Source: an uncultured bacterium
GTDB taxonomy: Bacteria; CAIJMQ01
DNA length: 20,101 bases
Assembly (NCBI GenBank): GCA_964573245.1
Contig: CAZNJA010000022.1
Span: 1-20,101, forward strand
Reading direction: 5' to 3'
Shown here: in pieces, positions 19,227 through 20,101 of the stretch
How positions within the stretch are numbered: the first letter of the stretch is position 1
How the letters are laid out: each line of letters starts with the position of its first letter
Notes under the pieces: generated by a model
The model's input: the letters and a program-made list of their open reading frames with translations, nothing else
What the model was told of the DNA's origin: nothing
Databases searched by the model: none
Position numbers and translations under genes: made by a program

Positions 19227-19796
19227 ATGAAAATCATTGATGTTGGAGAAAAGAAAGCTGTAAACGCTTTGCTTTATTTCATACCTAAAGTCAAATATCC
19301 CTATAAAACAAAGCTCTTTAAACTGTTATACTTTTTGGATTTCATGCACTTTAGGGAAGTTGGAAGACCAGTTACCAATTTTGAATACTTTACATTGAAA
19401 AAAGGTCCGGTACCGCTAAAACTGCATAACGCAATCAAAGATAATAAATTGTCGAATGAGTTTAGGGATAATATTGCAATATTAGAAGAAACAACAGATT
19501 CAGGGATAAGGATTACTAACTTTATTCCTAAAAATAAGTGTGATTTAACAATCTTTTCTGAAAGAGAAAAAAGATTACTAGAGAAAGTAGCTATTATTTT
19601 TAGAGATGCCAAAGCAGATATGATGATAGAGGTAACACATTTAAAAAATACACCTTGGGAGAAAACTCTAAAAGAGAAAGGATTATACAAGAAAATAGAT
19701 TTTTATCTTGCTTTGGATGATAAAGCTAAGATAGATGAAGATACGGCAAAAGAACGTATACATTTAAGAGAAGAAATGTTTAAACTATTTTCTTAA
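19227..19796 (+). CDS. Panacea-domain (DUF4065/SocA-like) antitoxin
   Basis: KLFKLLYFLD...GRPVT...Y.....GPVP...THLKNTPW. Confidence 0.85.
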   Translation: MKIIDVGEKKAVNALLYFIPKVKYPYKTKLFKLLYFLDFMHFREVGRPVTNFEYFTLKKGPVPLKLHNAIKDNKLSNEFRDNIAILEETTDSGIRITNFIPKNKCDLTIFSEREKRLLEKVAIIFRDAKADMMIEVTHLKNTPWEKTLKEKGLYKKIDFYLALDDKAKIDEDTAKERIHLREEMFKLFS

Positions 19797-19808
19797 ACTT
19801 CTGATATT

Positions 19809-20101
19809 GTGGACCGGGGAACTATTCTTTTTCATAAAAAATTCCAATTTACAGACGGAGAGACTGGCGAGAAACTGCTCATTATTTTAAATGAGCCTGA
19901 TTATAAGAAAGAAGAACCCTATCTAATTGTCAGAACCACTACTCAAACTAAAAATAAACCTGATATTTACGGCTGTCATAAAAACTCGTCTTTGTTTTTT
20001 ATTCCTACGAATAAAGATTTTTTTAAAAAAGACACCTGGATACAACTACATGAGGTATTCCCAATTGATTATAAAAGCTTCTTGCAAAACAGATTGGAGT
20101 A
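19809..20101 (+). CDS. Putative toxin, PemK/MazF-like, truncated by window end
   Basis: Not in ORF track; GTG start, open to the end: MDRGTILFHKKFQFTDGETGEKLLIILNEP...YLIVRTTTQ...FFKKDTWIQL... Confidence 0.55.
   Translation, partial: MDRGTILFHKKFQFTDGETGEKLLIILNEPDYKKEEPYLIVRTTTQTKNKPDIYGCHKNSSLFFIPTNKDFFKKDTWIQLHEVFPIDYKSFLQNRLE

Overview
AT-rich bacterial window, probably from an anaerobe. 1-10201 (minus strand) is a dense oxidative-stress and metal-homeostasis cluster: class II superoxide reductase (partial), three ferritin-superfamily proteins, a secreted SOR-fold-like protein, WrbA, a YHS/His-rich CopB-type ATPase, LDH, Tpx, an unannotated 41-aa desulforedoxin, an FNR-like reductase, a rubrerythrin-VIT1 transporter and an Ogg glycosylase. 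10345-18116 (plus strand) is housekeeping: ligA, lepB, bioY, cysS, DUF4321 and nfnAB. A HEAT-repeat membrane protein and a Panacea antitoxin with a PemK-like ORF follow. The most striking signal is a set of short GC-rich palindromic micro-elements inserted in frame, sometimes nested, inside conserved genes (FNR-like x2, ogg, ligA x2, cysS, probably nfnB), with relatives in intergenic DNA and no transposase in the window. The signal peptidase I also carries an inserted rubredoxin-like domain. All calls come from motif recognition by eye; no searches were run.
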